Part shown: piece by piece, positions 1-9,305 of the stretch
Numbering within the stretch: position 1 is the first letter of the stretch
Layout of the letters: each line of letters opens with the position of its first letter
Position numbers and translations under genes: made by a program
The notes under the pieces: model-generated
The model's database searches: none
What the model saw: only the letters and a program-made list of their open reading frames with translations
Told to the model about the DNA's origin: nothing
NCBI GenBank assembly: GCA_964498525.1
Contig: CAZCGU010000007.1
Coordinates: forward strand, 47,405-111,404
DNA length: 64,000 nt
From: an uncultured Pelotomaculum sp.
GTDB taxonomy: Bacteria; Bacillota; Desulfotomaculia; Desulfotomaculales; Pelotomaculaceae
Direction of reading: 5' to 3'

Positions 1-1
1 A

Positions 2-409
2 GAAAACTTTGACATACTGGATAAATCGGTATTTCGCTGGATTCAAGCTAATACAGAATGGCGGCTGCCGCTGGAACCCGGTTGTTATGCTGTCCTTCGT
101 CCCGTTGAAGGCGACCACTACTGGGCGGGTGTCATTAAGGGCAAACATGGTTTTGCGCTGTCGGAAATGGCTCTACCGTTAGGTTACGCGCAAGGTGTGG
201 TTGAGGACTATGCGAGGAAGAACGCAGCCGCCTTTGCCCGCAAAGACGCTGCCTGGCGAAATCATCCGGCTACTGCAAAGCAGATTGATCTAATGAAAAA
301 ATTAGAACTATACCAGGGAACGGTCACCAAGGGAGAGGCCGCTGATATTTTGGATCGGTTCTTTGCCTTAATGCCAAATCGGGGGTGCGCTTCTGGGGGG
401 GTGTCTTGA
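2..409 (+). CDS. 3' part of a CDS running off the left edge; mobile-element/phage-associated protein of unknown function
   Basis: Frame 2 is open from base 2 to the stop at 407-409. The ORF track shows only the part from the Met at 167. It lies directly upstream of phage-like genes. Confidence 0.4.
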   Translation, partial: ENFDILDKSVFRWIQANTEWRLPLEPGCYAVLRPVEGDHYWAGVIKGKHGFALSEMALPLGYAQGVVEDYARKNAAAFARKDAAWRNHPATAKQIDLMKKLELYQGTVTKGEAADILDRFFALMPNRGCASGGVS

Positions 410-464
410 CTAGGTAGGGGTTTAGGTACCCAAGGAATAAATAAACTGCAGGGAGAGTGATTAC

Positions 465-938
465 ATGACCAGTAAAAGAGATGTTCCTATCACCAACCTT
501 TCGGACCTTCCGGCTTCTCTGCCGGAAATCGTAGAACCGAATATACGGCGGCATGGAGGGGGCAGCAATAAGCACCCACTGGATCTTAAGTTGAGGGCAA
601 TACTTTTGACGGCCCAGCAAGGGGCGGCTGCCGCCGCGAAGGATACCGGAGTACCGCTCCGGACTGTCCAAGATTGGGCGCTAGAGGCCAAGAACGAGAT
701 CGCGACGATTCGATCAGCACAATTCGCGGAAGAGCTCGATCAGAAAATCAGTGACATACTGAAGGAAATTGATCCGGATAAAATCAAAGACGCCAAGTTT
801 CGCGATCTACTTGTTGGTTTGGGAATTGCCCTGGACAAGCGCCAGCAGCTGTTAGGTCCCCAAAAAAATCAGGAGCCTCACCGGCGCCTCCGTATTGTCT
901 GGACAAACAATGCCGGCGCCGTAGAAATTGAAGATTAA
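465..938 (+). CDS. hypothetical phage-associated protein (possible HTH/small terminase-like)
   Basis: 157-aa ORF that ends 10 nt before the tape measure gene on the same strand. No firm motif recognised. Confidence 0.4.
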   Translation: MTSKRDVPITNLSDLPASLPEIVEPNIRRHGGGSNKHPLDLKLRAILLTAQQGAAAAAKDTGVPLRTVQDWALEAKNEIATIRSAQFAEELDQKISDILKEIDPDKIKDAKFRDLLVGLGIALDKRQQLLGPQKNQEPHRRLRIVWTNNAGAVEIED

Positions 939-948
939 GGGGTGAATT

Positions 949-3900
949 ATGTTGGATAATGATGATGCGGTAGTAAAAATCATTTCAAGGCTCGGAGTGG
1001 ACTATTCACAGGCCCTTATGGGTACCAAAACGCTTGCCGCCGAGACAGCCGCTTTGGACAAGCAGCTGAAAATGCTCAAGGTGACTGCCGCCGATTTGGG
1101 AAAGGCCGGCGGGACGGGTGTGTCGCAGCAATTTATGGGCGATAAGGTTATTTACGATCAGTACGGCAAGGTTATTTCGGTTGCAGCTATAAATACAAAG
1201 GTGTTAAATGATTCTGTTAAAACGGCTGATCAGACCGCTAAAAATCACAAGCAAACAGTTAAAGAGCTGTCTGACCAGTACAATGTCCTGGGCAGCCAGT
1301 TTGAACGCAGGGCTGGTTGGTTTGTTGCCGGCACGGCTTTTTTCGGCAGTATAGCCGCCGCTGGAGCCGCGGTAAAAACGATTACCGATATTGAAATGGG
1401 TATGACTCAGATAGCCCGTATTACTGAGGATGTTACTTTTAATTTTAACGAGATGCGGGACGATCTTTTGAAGCTGGGGAAAGAGTACGGCATGACCTGG
1501 GATAGCGCGCAGGATATAGCTCTGAGGTTTGCGCAGGCCGGCTATGACGTTAAGGATACTCTGGAACTGACGGAATCGGCGTTCCTGGCTCTTAATACCG
1601 CCGAGTTGGACGCGGAACAGTCAACGTCCGGGTTTATTGCCATCCTGGCCCAGTGGGGCATGACGGCGGAACAATTGCTGCCTACTCTGGATAAAATCAA
1701 CAAGGTAGCCGATGACTACGCCATTACCTCGCAAGACCTGGTGGACGGGTTGATCCGTTCCTCCGGGGCGGCGAAGGTGTTGGGTTTAAGCCTTAATGAA
1801 ACAATCGCTATTTTAACGGTGATGCGGGAAGCAACGGGCAGGACGGGGCGCGAAGTTGGTAACGCGCTTAATTCCATCCTGTCATTTATGCAGCGTGATG
1901 TTGCCTTAAAGGCTTTTGCCCGCGAGGGTATTGCTGTGTGGGCGGATGAAGCGCATACGGAGTTTCGCAATTTCATCGACATTTTTGACGAAGTGGCGGC
2001 GCGCTGGCAGGGCGGCGCTTTGACTGAGGCGTCGATGGACATGTTTACCGATGCGGCGGAGCAGGTTGGTTTGTATTCCGAGGAGTTGGCGGAGCTTGCG
2101 GGAGCGCAGAAGGAATTTACCGATTTGCAGCAACGTGACATATCGCAGTCTATGGCCGGTATTTACCGCCGCAACTATCTCCTGGCGCTGCTTCGAAACT
2201 GGAGCAAGGTGCAGGAGGTTTTGAATACACAGTTGGATGCGTCCGGTTATTCTATGCGTGAAAATGAGCGCACTATGGAAACGCTGGCTAAACAATACGA
2301 CCAACTAAAGGTTACTGCCCAGCAACTGGCTGTGGCTATAGGCGACGCGGGACTATTAGACCAACTGAAAGATGTTACCAGCGGCGCAAGGGATGCTGTT
2401 GCCTGGTTCGGTGAACTTGACCCGACATTGAGAAATCTGATTATAAATTTCATCGAGGTTACTGCCGCACTCAAGATACTTAACGCGGCCTTTAAGATGG
2501 CCGGGTTTTCTGGACTGGCGGCTTCAGCCACAAATGCAGCCGCCGCAATTGGGGGGTTGGCTGGCGCAGCTACCGGATTGGGAGCGGTTATGCTCAATGT
2601 CGGCAAAGGTATAACAGCTTTCTTCGGTGGGCCATGGGGTTTGGCTATTGTTGCCGCTGCCACGGGAATTAGCGTTTTGGTTAAGCATATGAAGCAGCAG
2701 GAGGCGCAGGCTGAAGAAAACGCAAGGGCGGCAAGCGGTTTAATTAAGGAATACGACAGACTTAACAACCAGCTGGTTAGCACTAAGAAGGATACGGATG
2801 AATATAACATCCTGCAAGACAAACTCAAGAGCACGATGAACGCTATTGCTGACATTATGCCTGATGTTGTCACGAAGTGGGATGCCATAGGCAATGCCAT
2901 TGCCTTTAATAACGATAAATTGCGGGAGAATATTGCCCTTGCAAAAGAGGCGGCTGCGGCCAATCTCGAGCAAAGCCTATCCGTGGCATACAGGAAAAAG
3001 CAAACGCTAAGTGAACAAATGGCGCTGTTTGAAGAGGAGCAACGCAGGACTCAAAGTGGACAACCACCTGAGAGCGAGTGGAAATTTCGCATTACAGGAA
3101 AAGGCGCATTAATTATTCCTGACCCAGCTAATATGCAAGAAATCAGGCAAGAGCTAAGTGCTGTCGGCGAAGAAATAAGACAAATAACGGAATTAATGGC
3201 AGGGGGCGCTTCCGATGTCGGCATAGGTTTGCCAAAGGGTGGTGGCGATGGCGGAGGTTCCGAAGATAAGGGCAAGTACAAGGACAAGGATAAGGATGAG
3301 GATGAGGATAAGGCAGAGGCTGCGGCAAAACAGGCTGATTATATTAAGAAGCTGATCGATCTGAATTTGCAGTATGCCGATGCCCAGGGCATTGTCAATC
3401 AGGCTACACAGCGGGAAATTTCCCTGGCTGGGGCCAGGATTGGTTATTACCGCGACAGCGCGGCTTCGATGGAAGATTACCTGAAGCTGGCTTCTGAGGA
3501 GAACAGGCTTACCGGATTGCTGGAGCAGAAGCAGTTGGGATTGCACGAAGAGGCGGAAGCCCTGCGCCAGGCGCTGGTTAATCTCCAAGAGGCCCATGAG
3601 TCCGTCGATCAGTCTACCGGGGAGGGGCAGGATGCCTATGCTAAGCTTGGTGAGGAGATAGAAAGGGTTAGGGAGCGGATAGGCGGTCTTTCGGTGGAAT
3701 GGTGGAGTTTGGCGAAGGATCAGCACGATATTTTAGACCGGCAGTACCGGGATTACATCCAATGGATGGACCGCTTGTATGGGTTGGAAGCCATAACGCT
3801 GGAGGAGCGGCTTCGCGCCCTGGACAGTTTTGATAAGACAAAACTATCAATGGGTGAGCAAATGGAGTATATGCGCCGCTACTACGATACGTTAATGGAA

Positions 3901-4896
3901 TATATTGATGAAGCCTACAGCAAGGATATAGAAGCGATAAGCGCCGCTGAGGAGGCTTTTAAGAAGGCTTCCGACGCCAGGATAGCGGTTTTGGAAGAGC
4001 AGCTTGAAGCGATGAAGGAACAGAACGCGGAGCTGGAAGAGGAGCGTAAGATTCAAGATGCTTTGCAGAACATTGAGAAGGCGCGGTTAAGTCTCCGGGA
4101 AGCGCGGGAAAAGCTGGAGAATGTTCAAGCCGAGAAGAGTGTCCGTATTTTCAGGGATGGGATTTGGGATTACATTGCCGATCCCAAGGCGGTTAAGGAT
4201 GCTCAGGAAGCCATTGACGCGGCCAATGAAAAGCTGGCGGAAGCTCAGGAATCCCATAATGATATTATCCTGCGGATTGAGCGTGATGCGGAAGAGAAGC
4301 GGCTTAAGGAGAAGATTGAGGCTGAACGCAAGGCGCAGGAGATTGCGCTGGAATCCTACCAGCAGCAGAAGGAGGATCTGGAAGATCATCTGGAGGAGGT
4401 TAAAAGGGCTATTACCGATGGGGGCGAAGGCATTGATGCCCTTTTGGACGGGAATGTGTTCCCGGCGATTGATCTTACTATTGACTCCTGGCTGAGGAGG
4501 ATGGCTGATAATGTAGCCGAGTATTGTTCCCGGATGCGTTCCGATTTTGCTTCGGTGGCTGCCATGTATGGCGGCGGGGATGTTGCGATGCCCCAGTATG
4601 CGGCCGGCGGTCCTATCCTGGGCAGGCAGATTGCGATGCTTCACCCCAATGAGTATGTTTTGACTGCCGACGATGTGCGCAAGCTAGGCGGTTTTGCGGG
4701 GGTGGAAAGGTTGCGGCTGAATATAAGGAATCCGGTGAATGATTTGTCGCCTGATGCGTACAGGGTGTCAAATGTGTCGAATTCCACGAGTACAAGCGTT
4801 GACAGGAGCGTCAAGATCAGCGGACCGATTCAGTTGCCGCACGTTTACGACGCGGCTGGTCTGGTCAGGAATCTGCGGCGGCTGGCGCAGGGCTAA
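949..4896 (+). CDS. phage tail tape measure protein (TP901-type core)
   Basis: 1315 aa. Core segment ITSQDLVDGLIRSSGAAKVLGLSLNETIAILTVMREATGRTGREVGNALNSIL is typical of tape measure proteins. It also has a hydrophobic Gly/Ala-rich central segment and long coiled-coil E/K/A-rich stretches. Confidence 0.85.
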   Translation: MLDNDDAVVKIISRLGVDYSQALMGTKTLAAETAALDKQLKMLKVTAADLGKAGGTGVSQQFMGDKVIYDQYGKVISVAAINTKVLNDSVKTADQTAKNHKQTVKELSDQYNVLGSQFERRAGWFVAGTAFFGSIAAAGAAVKTITDIEMGMTQIARITEDVTFNFNEMRDDLLKLGKEYGMTWDSAQDIALRFAQAGYDVKDTLELTESAFLALNTAELDAEQSTSGFIAILAQWGMTAEQLLPTLDKINKVADDYAITSQDLVDGLIRSSGAAKVLGLSLNETIAILTVMREATGRTGREVGNALNSILSFMQRDVALKAFAREGIAVWADEAHTEFRNFIDIFDEVAARWQGGALTEASMDMFTDAAEQVGLYSEELAELAGAQKEFTDLQQRDISQSMAGIYRRNYLLALLRNWSKVQEVLNTQLDASGYSMRENERTMETLAKQYDQLKVTAQQLAVAIGDAGLLDQLKDVTSGARDAVAWFGELDPTLRNLIINFIEVTAALKILNAAFKMAGFSGLAASATNAAAAIGGLAGAATGLGAVMLNVGKGITAFFGGPWGLAIVAAATGISVLVKHMKQQEAQAEENARAASGLIKEYDRLNNQLVSTKKDTDEYNILQDKLKSTMNAIADIMPDVVTKWDAIGNAIAFNNDKLRENIALAKEAAAANLEQSLSVAYRKKQTLSEQMALFEEEQRRTQSGQPPESEWKFRITGKGALIIPDPANMQEIRQELSAVGEEIRQITELMAGGASDVGIGLPKGGGDGGGSEDKGKYKDKDKDEDEDKAEAAAKQADYIKKLIDLNLQYADAQGIVNQATQREISLAGARIGYYRDSAASMEDYLKLASEENRLTGLLEQKQLGLHEEAEALRQALVNLQEAHESVDQSTGEGQDAYAKLGEEIERVRERIGGLSVEWWSLAKDQHDILDRQYRDYIQWMDRLYGLEAITLEERLRALDSFDKTKLSMGEQMEYMRRYYDTLMEYIDEAYSKDIEAISAAEEAFKKASDARIAVLEEQLEAMKEQNAELEEERKIQDALQNIEKARLSLREAREKLENVQAEKSVRIFRDGIWDYIADPKAVKDAQEAIDAANEKLAEAQESHNDIILRIERDAEEKRLKEKIEAERKAQEIALESYQQQKEDLEDHLEEVKRAITDGGEGIDALLDGNVFPAIDLTIDSWLRRMADNVAEYCSRMRSDFASVAAMYGGGDVAMPQYAAGGPILGRQIAMLHPNEYVLTADDVRKLGGFAGVERLRLNIRNPVNDLSPDAYRVSNVSNSTSTSVDRSVKISGPIQLPHVYDAAGLVRNLRRLAQG

Positions 4897-4948
4897 GGAG
4901 AACCCTGGAGCGAACGGGTGTGAGTATTCTTTAGTGTAAATGGGATAA

Positions 4949-6055
4949 TCATCCTAAGATTATCTCTTTCGTAACCGCGCCCCCCAGGCCATTGTAATGT
5001 AGAACGTAATTATCTGCTTTAGGAACTAAAAAAATCAACCACCCTGCTATATATGAGTTTGGGGGTATGTTGGTGGCATCCAAATATTTTACATCAAAGG
5101 ACGCTTCATTATAATTTGCTGTATATCCATTAGGGGAAGTAACCCTGAAGTCATTCGGATTAACGTGGACGGTGCTGGTACCTTTGTTATTTGCTCCTAT
5201 CCACAACCAAAGATACTGCTCGTTTTGAGGGTTAATAACATAATGGTAGAATCCAAAATCTCCATCCACCCGGGAGCTTGTTTTTGTCTCGCCGACAGCT
5301 ATTCCAACTGCCCCTAAGCCATATTCATATTTTTTCATCTGTTCAAGGTTTAATTCTCGCTCTCTTTTTACAGCTTCTAAACGTTCCTGCTCTTCCTGGT
5401 TATTTTTAGCCTGTTCATATATTCCCTTTAATTGCTCAGCCTCTTTTAATGATGGTGATAAATATATAGCTGACAATAATTCCAAGTAGGCTTGTTTGTA
5501 GTCTCCTACAGCATAAAAATCTTTAGCCATGGAAAGGGTTTCGGCAGCTAATGAGTTAGTTGCTTGTTTGACATAAGCGTCGATTGAGGGATGGTTTTTT
5601 GTATCTTCATCAATTACTTTTTCAAATTCATCTAATGCCATTCGAAATTTGTTTTCCTTAAGTAAACCAAGGCCATTGCGGAAACTGTTATCTGATTTTA
5701 TAAGGGTATTTGCAAGTGATAGAGCTTCTTCTAATTCCTTAGTTTTCTTAATGTTTGCAGCATCTTCAAGAATTTTTACCGCTTCCTCATAGTCGCCCTG
5801 GCTTACAAGATCTTTGCTGTATTGAATAGATTCATTGACTAAAGTAATATTTCTTTTATTAGAATAATTAGACCAAACCAAGATCAAGCTTCCAATAACT
5901 ATTAAAGCAATGACAAATAACAGTCTGGTATCTTTCGGGAATTTAAACATGCCTTTTTTATCTTCAGTCTGAATTAAGGATTCACCACAACTACAACAGA
6001 TTGTGTTTGCCTGTTCATTCTCTTTATGACAGGCCGGGCATTGGATTGTAGCCAT
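4949..6055 (-). CDS. zinc-ribbon / single-TM / helical-repeat protein with DUF4352-like C-terminal beta domain
   Basis: N-terminal CPACHKENEQANTICCSCGE zinc ribbon. TM helix LLFVIALIVIGSLILVW. TPR-like helical middle. C-terminal VHVNPNDFRVTSPNGYTANY...YIAGWLIFLVPK resembles DUF4352. Confidence 0.55.
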   Translation of the reverse strand: MATIQCPACHKENEQANTICCSCGESLIQTEDKKGMFKFPKDTRLLFVIALIVIGSLILVWSNYSNKRNITLVNESIQYSKDLVSQGDYEEAVKILEDAANIKKTKELEEALSLANTLIKSDNSFRNGLGLLKENKFRMALDEFEKVIDEDTKNHPSIDAYVKQATNSLAAETLSMAKDFYAVGDYKQAYLELLSAIYLSPSLKEAEQLKGIYEQAKNNQEEQERLEAVKRERELNLEQMKKYEYGLGAVGIAVGETKTSSRVDGDFGFYHYVINPQNEQYLWLWIGANNKGTSTVHVNPNDFRVTSPNGYTANYNEASFDVKYLDATNIPPNSYIAGWLIFLVPKADNYVLHYNGLGGAVTKEIILG

Positions 6056-6151
6056 AAATCATACCTCCTTCAGAAAATATTAACTTTCGATAATAATATC
6101 ATATCGCTGGCGGAATTTTGACAATAAACACAAAATATTTCCATAATATGA

Positions 6152-6180
6152 TTGACCACAGTAGTATGAAATGTTATGAT
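6152..6180 (+). promoter_or_regulatory. sigma-A-like promoter upstream of the Xis-like HTH gene
   Basis: TTGACC at 6152-6157, 17-nt spacer, TATGAT at 6175-6180. A second candidate lies just upstream: TTGACA at 6118-6123, 18-nt spacer, CATAAT at 6142-6147. Confidence 0.4.
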
Positions 6181-6202
6181 AGTTGCTGAAAGGTGGTGAA
6201 AC

Positions 6203-6376
6203 ATGGAAGAGTATTTAACTCAGCAAGAACTCTGCAGGTGGCTAAAAATCAGTACGGCCACAGCCTGGCGCTGGCGCAAGGGAGGAATGCCATATATTAA
6301 ACATGGCAACAGCGTAAGGTTCGATAGGACAAAGGTTAAAGAATGGTTAGAAAGAAAAAATGGAAACAAAAGCTAA
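6203..6376 (+). CDS. small helix-turn-helix DNA-binding protein, excisionase/AlpA-MerR-like
   Basis: 57-aa ORF below the track cutoff: MEEYLTQQELCRWLKISTATAWRWRKGGMPYIKHGNSVRFDRTKVKEWLERKNGNKS. The pattern (L..S..T.W.W...G..P..K.G..vRF....V..WL) is typical of Xis-type HTH proteins. RBS AGGTGGTG lies upstream. Confidence 0.6.
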   Translation: MEEYLTQQELCRWLKISTATAWRWRKGGMPYIKHGNSVRFDRTKVKEWLERKNGNKS

Positions 6377-6499
6377 GGAAGCCGCTTCCCCGGCAAGAGA
6401 TTCGGCTTCCTAAACAGAAAAAATCGCCCCAAAGGGCTTGCTTTGCTATTAGTATAGCACCGGCGGCCTCCTGGGGCAACAAAAAAGGGAGGTTGTTTT

Positions 6500-6895
6500 G
6501 TGTCAGAGGAAAAGGATAGGGAAATTAAAAGGTTGAAAAGTGAATTACTTGATCGGATTGATACTATGGAGAATGTATCGTTAAAACTTGAAAAAGCTTG
6601 TACTGTGCTGGCCTATTGGTTAGTTAATTACAGCTATTGTGAAAAACCGGATCCCCGCCTGACCTTTCACGATTGCGTACCGTCCAAAAACGAACACGAA
6701 GAAATCCACAGGCAACAGTCCTTTGCATGGTTCTGGAACTACCATGAAATTATTCAATTCATTAATATTGTGGAAGATTACGTCCGCGATAGTCAGAAGT
6801 TGTTAGAAGAAACGATAAATTTAGGTTGTAATGTGATACAGCCCGAACAGCAGGAACAGGCTTTGCAAGATGCCCATGAGGGCGGCATGAATTAG
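6500..6895 (+). CDS. hypothetical protein
   Basis: 131-aa ORF with a GTG start preceded by AAGGGAGG. No recognisable domain. Confidence 0.4.
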   Translation: MSEEKDREIKRLKSELLDRIDTMENVSLKLEKACTVLAYWLVNYSYCEKPDPRLTFHDCVPSKNEHEEIHRQQSFAWFWNYHEIIQFINIVEDYVRDSQKLLEETINLGCNVIQPEQQEQALQDAHEGGMN

Positions 6896-6938
6896 TTTGT
6901 ACCCGGGGAAGGTATTAAACAGCAGGAGCGGGCATTGT

Positions 6939-7025
6939 CCCGCTCCTGTATGCGCTGGGGGAAGTTTAGACTCCGCAATTTTGCGGAGTCCTCATACCCC
7001 CGCTCCTGTATGCGTTGGGGGAAGT
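6939..7025 (+). repeat. two 27-bp direct repeats (1 mismatch) flanking a hairpin
   Basis: CCCGCTCCTGTATGCG(C/T)TGGGGGAAGT at 6939-6965 and 6999-7025. Hairpin GACTCCGCAA/TTGCGGAGTC at 6969-6990 lies between them. The first copy also forms the 3' arm of the hairpin CAGGAGCGGG-CATTGT-CCCGCTCCTG (6923-6948). Confidence 0.8.
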
Positions 7026-7337
7026 AGTACCCCTGTGGAAATTTACGTTGGCACAGTTAAAAGTGTGCCAGGAGATGCCTGGAGGAGTTGTAAATAGTGG
7101 CCTGACACTATCACAGAGAAACGGCAACAAGGTTTATGTGTGGTTTTTCAATTGGTATTACAGCAGGCAAGCTGCATTGTGAAGCGGGAAAGAGTAATGT
7201 AGTTTATGAGAGGTGCCGGCAACGGGCTGCTTCAGTATAGAAGATTAATAGTGGCCAGGGGTGGGGCGGTTCTGCTTTGGTGGGTCCGCTTCGCCTTAAT
7301 TATTTCACATGAAATATTTTAGGCTGGTTCATGAATG

Positions 7338-7583
7338 TTAGCCTGTTTTTTTTATTGGAAGCTGATTGGCAGACTGGCGACAGCTCCCCTGGGTACTGGC
7401 AGGAATTCCGGGAGCTGCAGTAGGCTCATCCAGGATCGTGGCGCCAGCGCCGGCCGTGTGCAGGATCTTGGTTTCCTCATGCCGCGCCCTGACTGTACAG
7501 CCCGGCAGGTGCAGGGGCATCAAGTAGAGCGGTAATACATTTACCTTGCCGGTTAAATTGTCATGGCTAAGAAACGAGTCCAA
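7338..7583 (-). pseudogene. possible decayed fragment of an ABC-transporter ATPase
   Basis: The translation contains LPGCTVRARHEE...ILDEPTAAPGIP, reminiscent of an LSGGQ..RV.IAR signature followed by a Walker B (LLDEPT..LD). It is isolated, has no Walker A, and has no partner genes. Confidence 0.2.
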
Positions 7584-7793
7584 GATGTCGGTTTTTTTAG
7601 GGCTATAAATAATTAATCTGTTGTTAATAATATTTTAATTTTTCATTGGTATAATTATACAGTGGAATTAAATATTTGTTGTAATATGTCGAAAATTTAT
7701 TACAAAATAACTACTTATCCACAGGGTAAAATATAGCACCTTTGTCGAAAATATATAACTCAATTTTATTTTTAACAAAGGGAGGCTTTATTT

Positions 7794-8072
7794 TTGGAAG
7801 ATATAAAGAATTTTTATATCAATGTCACTAAAGTTTCTTTTAGTCCACACGATTTTGTTATTGAGGCCGGTAATAAAAAAGATCGGAGTCCCGGGACTGA
7901 AATCAAACCTGAAGATACAGATTTACAGCTGATTATGAGCCCTCATTATTTCAAAAATTTTGTAATGGCTGCTTCTAAGGCATTAAGGATGTATGAGGAA
8001 ATTTACGGCGTCTTAAACCTTGAGGGCAATGAAGAAGTAATTAAAAAGCTCACCAGTAGGGAACAGGTTTAA
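7794..8072 (+). CDS. DUF3467-like small protein
   Basis: 92 aa, TTG start after AGGGAGG. FYINVTKVSFSPHDFVIEAG ... MSPHYFKNFVMAASKALRMYEEIYG fits my memory of the DUF3467 pattern. Confidence 0.4.
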   Translation: MEDIKNFYINVTKVSFSPHDFVIEAGNKKDRSPGTEIKPEDTDLQLIMSPHYFKNFVMAASKALRMYEEIYGVLNLEGNEEVIKKLTSREQV

Positions 8073-8076
8073 TAAT

Positions 8077-8403
8077 ATGTATTTTAAGATACAAGACCCA
8101 TTAAAAAGGGAAATAGTTTTACCAGTCGGGTCCTGGGAACATGTTCAGCAGAGACATCCGGAATTTACTGCTTGGAAAAGCATAGAAACAACTATTCAAA
8201 ATCCAAATGTAATTGGACAAAACCCAGATACTAGAAAACCCGATCGCGACATATACTATAAATTAGGTGCTTTAGATGTGTACCCTCCTTTGTATGTGGC
8301 TGTTGTGGTTGGTTTTAAAGGCGATCAAGGTAGTATTGTTACTGCTCACTTGGCTGATGACATCAGGATAGGACCAGGAGGATATAAATATGTATCCAGA
8401 TAA
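8077..8403 (+). CDS. putative toxin-like small protein (DUF4258/RelE-Barnase-fold-like)
   Basis: 108 aa, starts 4 nt after the previous gene. It overlaps the downstream DUF2283-like gene by 14 nt. The assignment rests mainly on this pairing. Confidence 0.35.
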   Translation: MYFKIQDPLKREIVLPVGSWEHVQQRHPEFTAWKSIETTIQNPNVIGQNPDTRKPDRDIYYKLGALDVYPPLYVAVVVGFKGDQGSIVTAHLADDIRIGPGGYKYVSR

Positions 8404-8659
8404 TAAAGGACAAAAAGTTGATATTAAATATGACAAGGCCAATGATGTCTTGTATATTTCATTTGGTCCCCCCAGGCCATCATATTGTGCTGCAGAAAAA
8501 GATGATGTTTTCATTATGAAAGACATCCAGACAGGTGATTATTCGGGGATAACAATCCTTGATTTTTCAGAGCGGCTTAATGACGGTTCATTGTACTCTA
8601 TAAGACTTCCTTTTGAATTTGATTTCAAGCTGCTGGACAGAGAATTAGGCAAAAATTAA
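8390..8659 (+). CDS. DUF2283-family protein (predicted antitoxin-like partner)
   Basis: 89 aa. IKYDKANDVLYISFGPP...FIMKDIQTGDYSGITILDFSERL matches the DUF2283 pattern (YD.e.D.lyi.f........g.i.GieIl..s). Confidence 0.55.
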   Translation: MYPDNKGQKVDIKYDKANDVLYISFGPPRPSYCAAEKDDVFIMKDIQTGDYSGITILDFSERLNDGSLYSIRLPFEFDFKLLDRELGKN

Positions 8660-9182
8660 ACCAACCCTCCTGATGAATTTAACATAAAAAGTTGGCTACT
8701 AATTGGCTACTAAAGCTAAAAAAAGTAGCCAAAAACCACCCAAAAATAGGTTTACTGATTTAAAATCGGGAAACCCCTTTACTATGGCTGGCCTTTTGAA
8801 TAAAAAAACTGATCGGGGGAAGTCTCTTAGCTTTGAAGCCCCCTCCCCCCCGGGGGGGTACCGGTACTTTCGGTCTGATATGAGGCCAAAAGTCCGAGGG
8901 CGCCGGCAAAACCACAGAAGGCGCTGTAGCGCCACAGGATTGCGCAGGACGGACGTATTAACGGGCAAGCAGAATAATCTAGGGGATAAGCAAAAGTGTG
9001 CCAGCGGAAACCGGGAAGCCTTGCAGCGCAAGGGAAAAAGACTCAAAAAAGTGTGCCGGAAATTGTGCCAAACATCTCAAATGTGTGCTAATTTGCGCCT
9101 ATGTCTACCAATGTCAGGACTAACAAAACTCAGCGATAACAAGGGTTTGCAACCTGCGCCTATCTTAGCCAATGGTGCTTTT

Positions 9183-9232
9183 ACGGACTTCTAATCCGTA
9201 GGTCACAGGTTCGAATCCTGTCTGGGACGCCA
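9183..9232 (+). other. 3' fragment of a tRNA-Arg(UCU) gene (anticodon arm to CCA); putative att scar
   Basis: ACGGA-CTTCTAA-TCCGT anticodon stem-loop (anticodon TCT), variable loop AGGTC, T arm ACAGG-TTCGAAT-CCTGT, then CTGGGAC-G-CCA. No complementary 5' acceptor strand (GTCCCAG) or D arm lies upstream. Confidence 0.75.
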
Positions 9233-9305
9233 GGAATACCAACGCCTTCGGTCTTTTGCCCGGGGGCGATTTTAGTTAATAGGGGAACAAAAAAGGAATA
9301 AAAAT

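Noticed and set aside
1716-4644. Numerous 60-240-aa ORFs antisense to, or out of frame within, the tape measure gene
   Set aside because: They lie wholly inside a long, well-supported CDS. Their composition is low-complexity (Ser/Pro/Ala/Leu-rich), typical of shadow ORFs, and they have no RBS.
8699-9194. Two overlapping ORFs on opposite strands (163 aa plus strand, 115 aa minus strand)
   Set aside because: Both are highly basic and low-complexity, overlap each other almost completely, lack RBSs, and are full of short DNA repeats. The region reads better as a non-coding att-flanking sequence.
9157-9232. Possible full-length tRNA-Arg
   Set aside because: Only the anticodon arm, variable loop, T arm and 3' acceptor strand are present. 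The 76 nt ending at CCA begin with GCGCCTA, which cannot pair with CTGGGAC, and no D arm can be drawn. It is reported as a fragment only.
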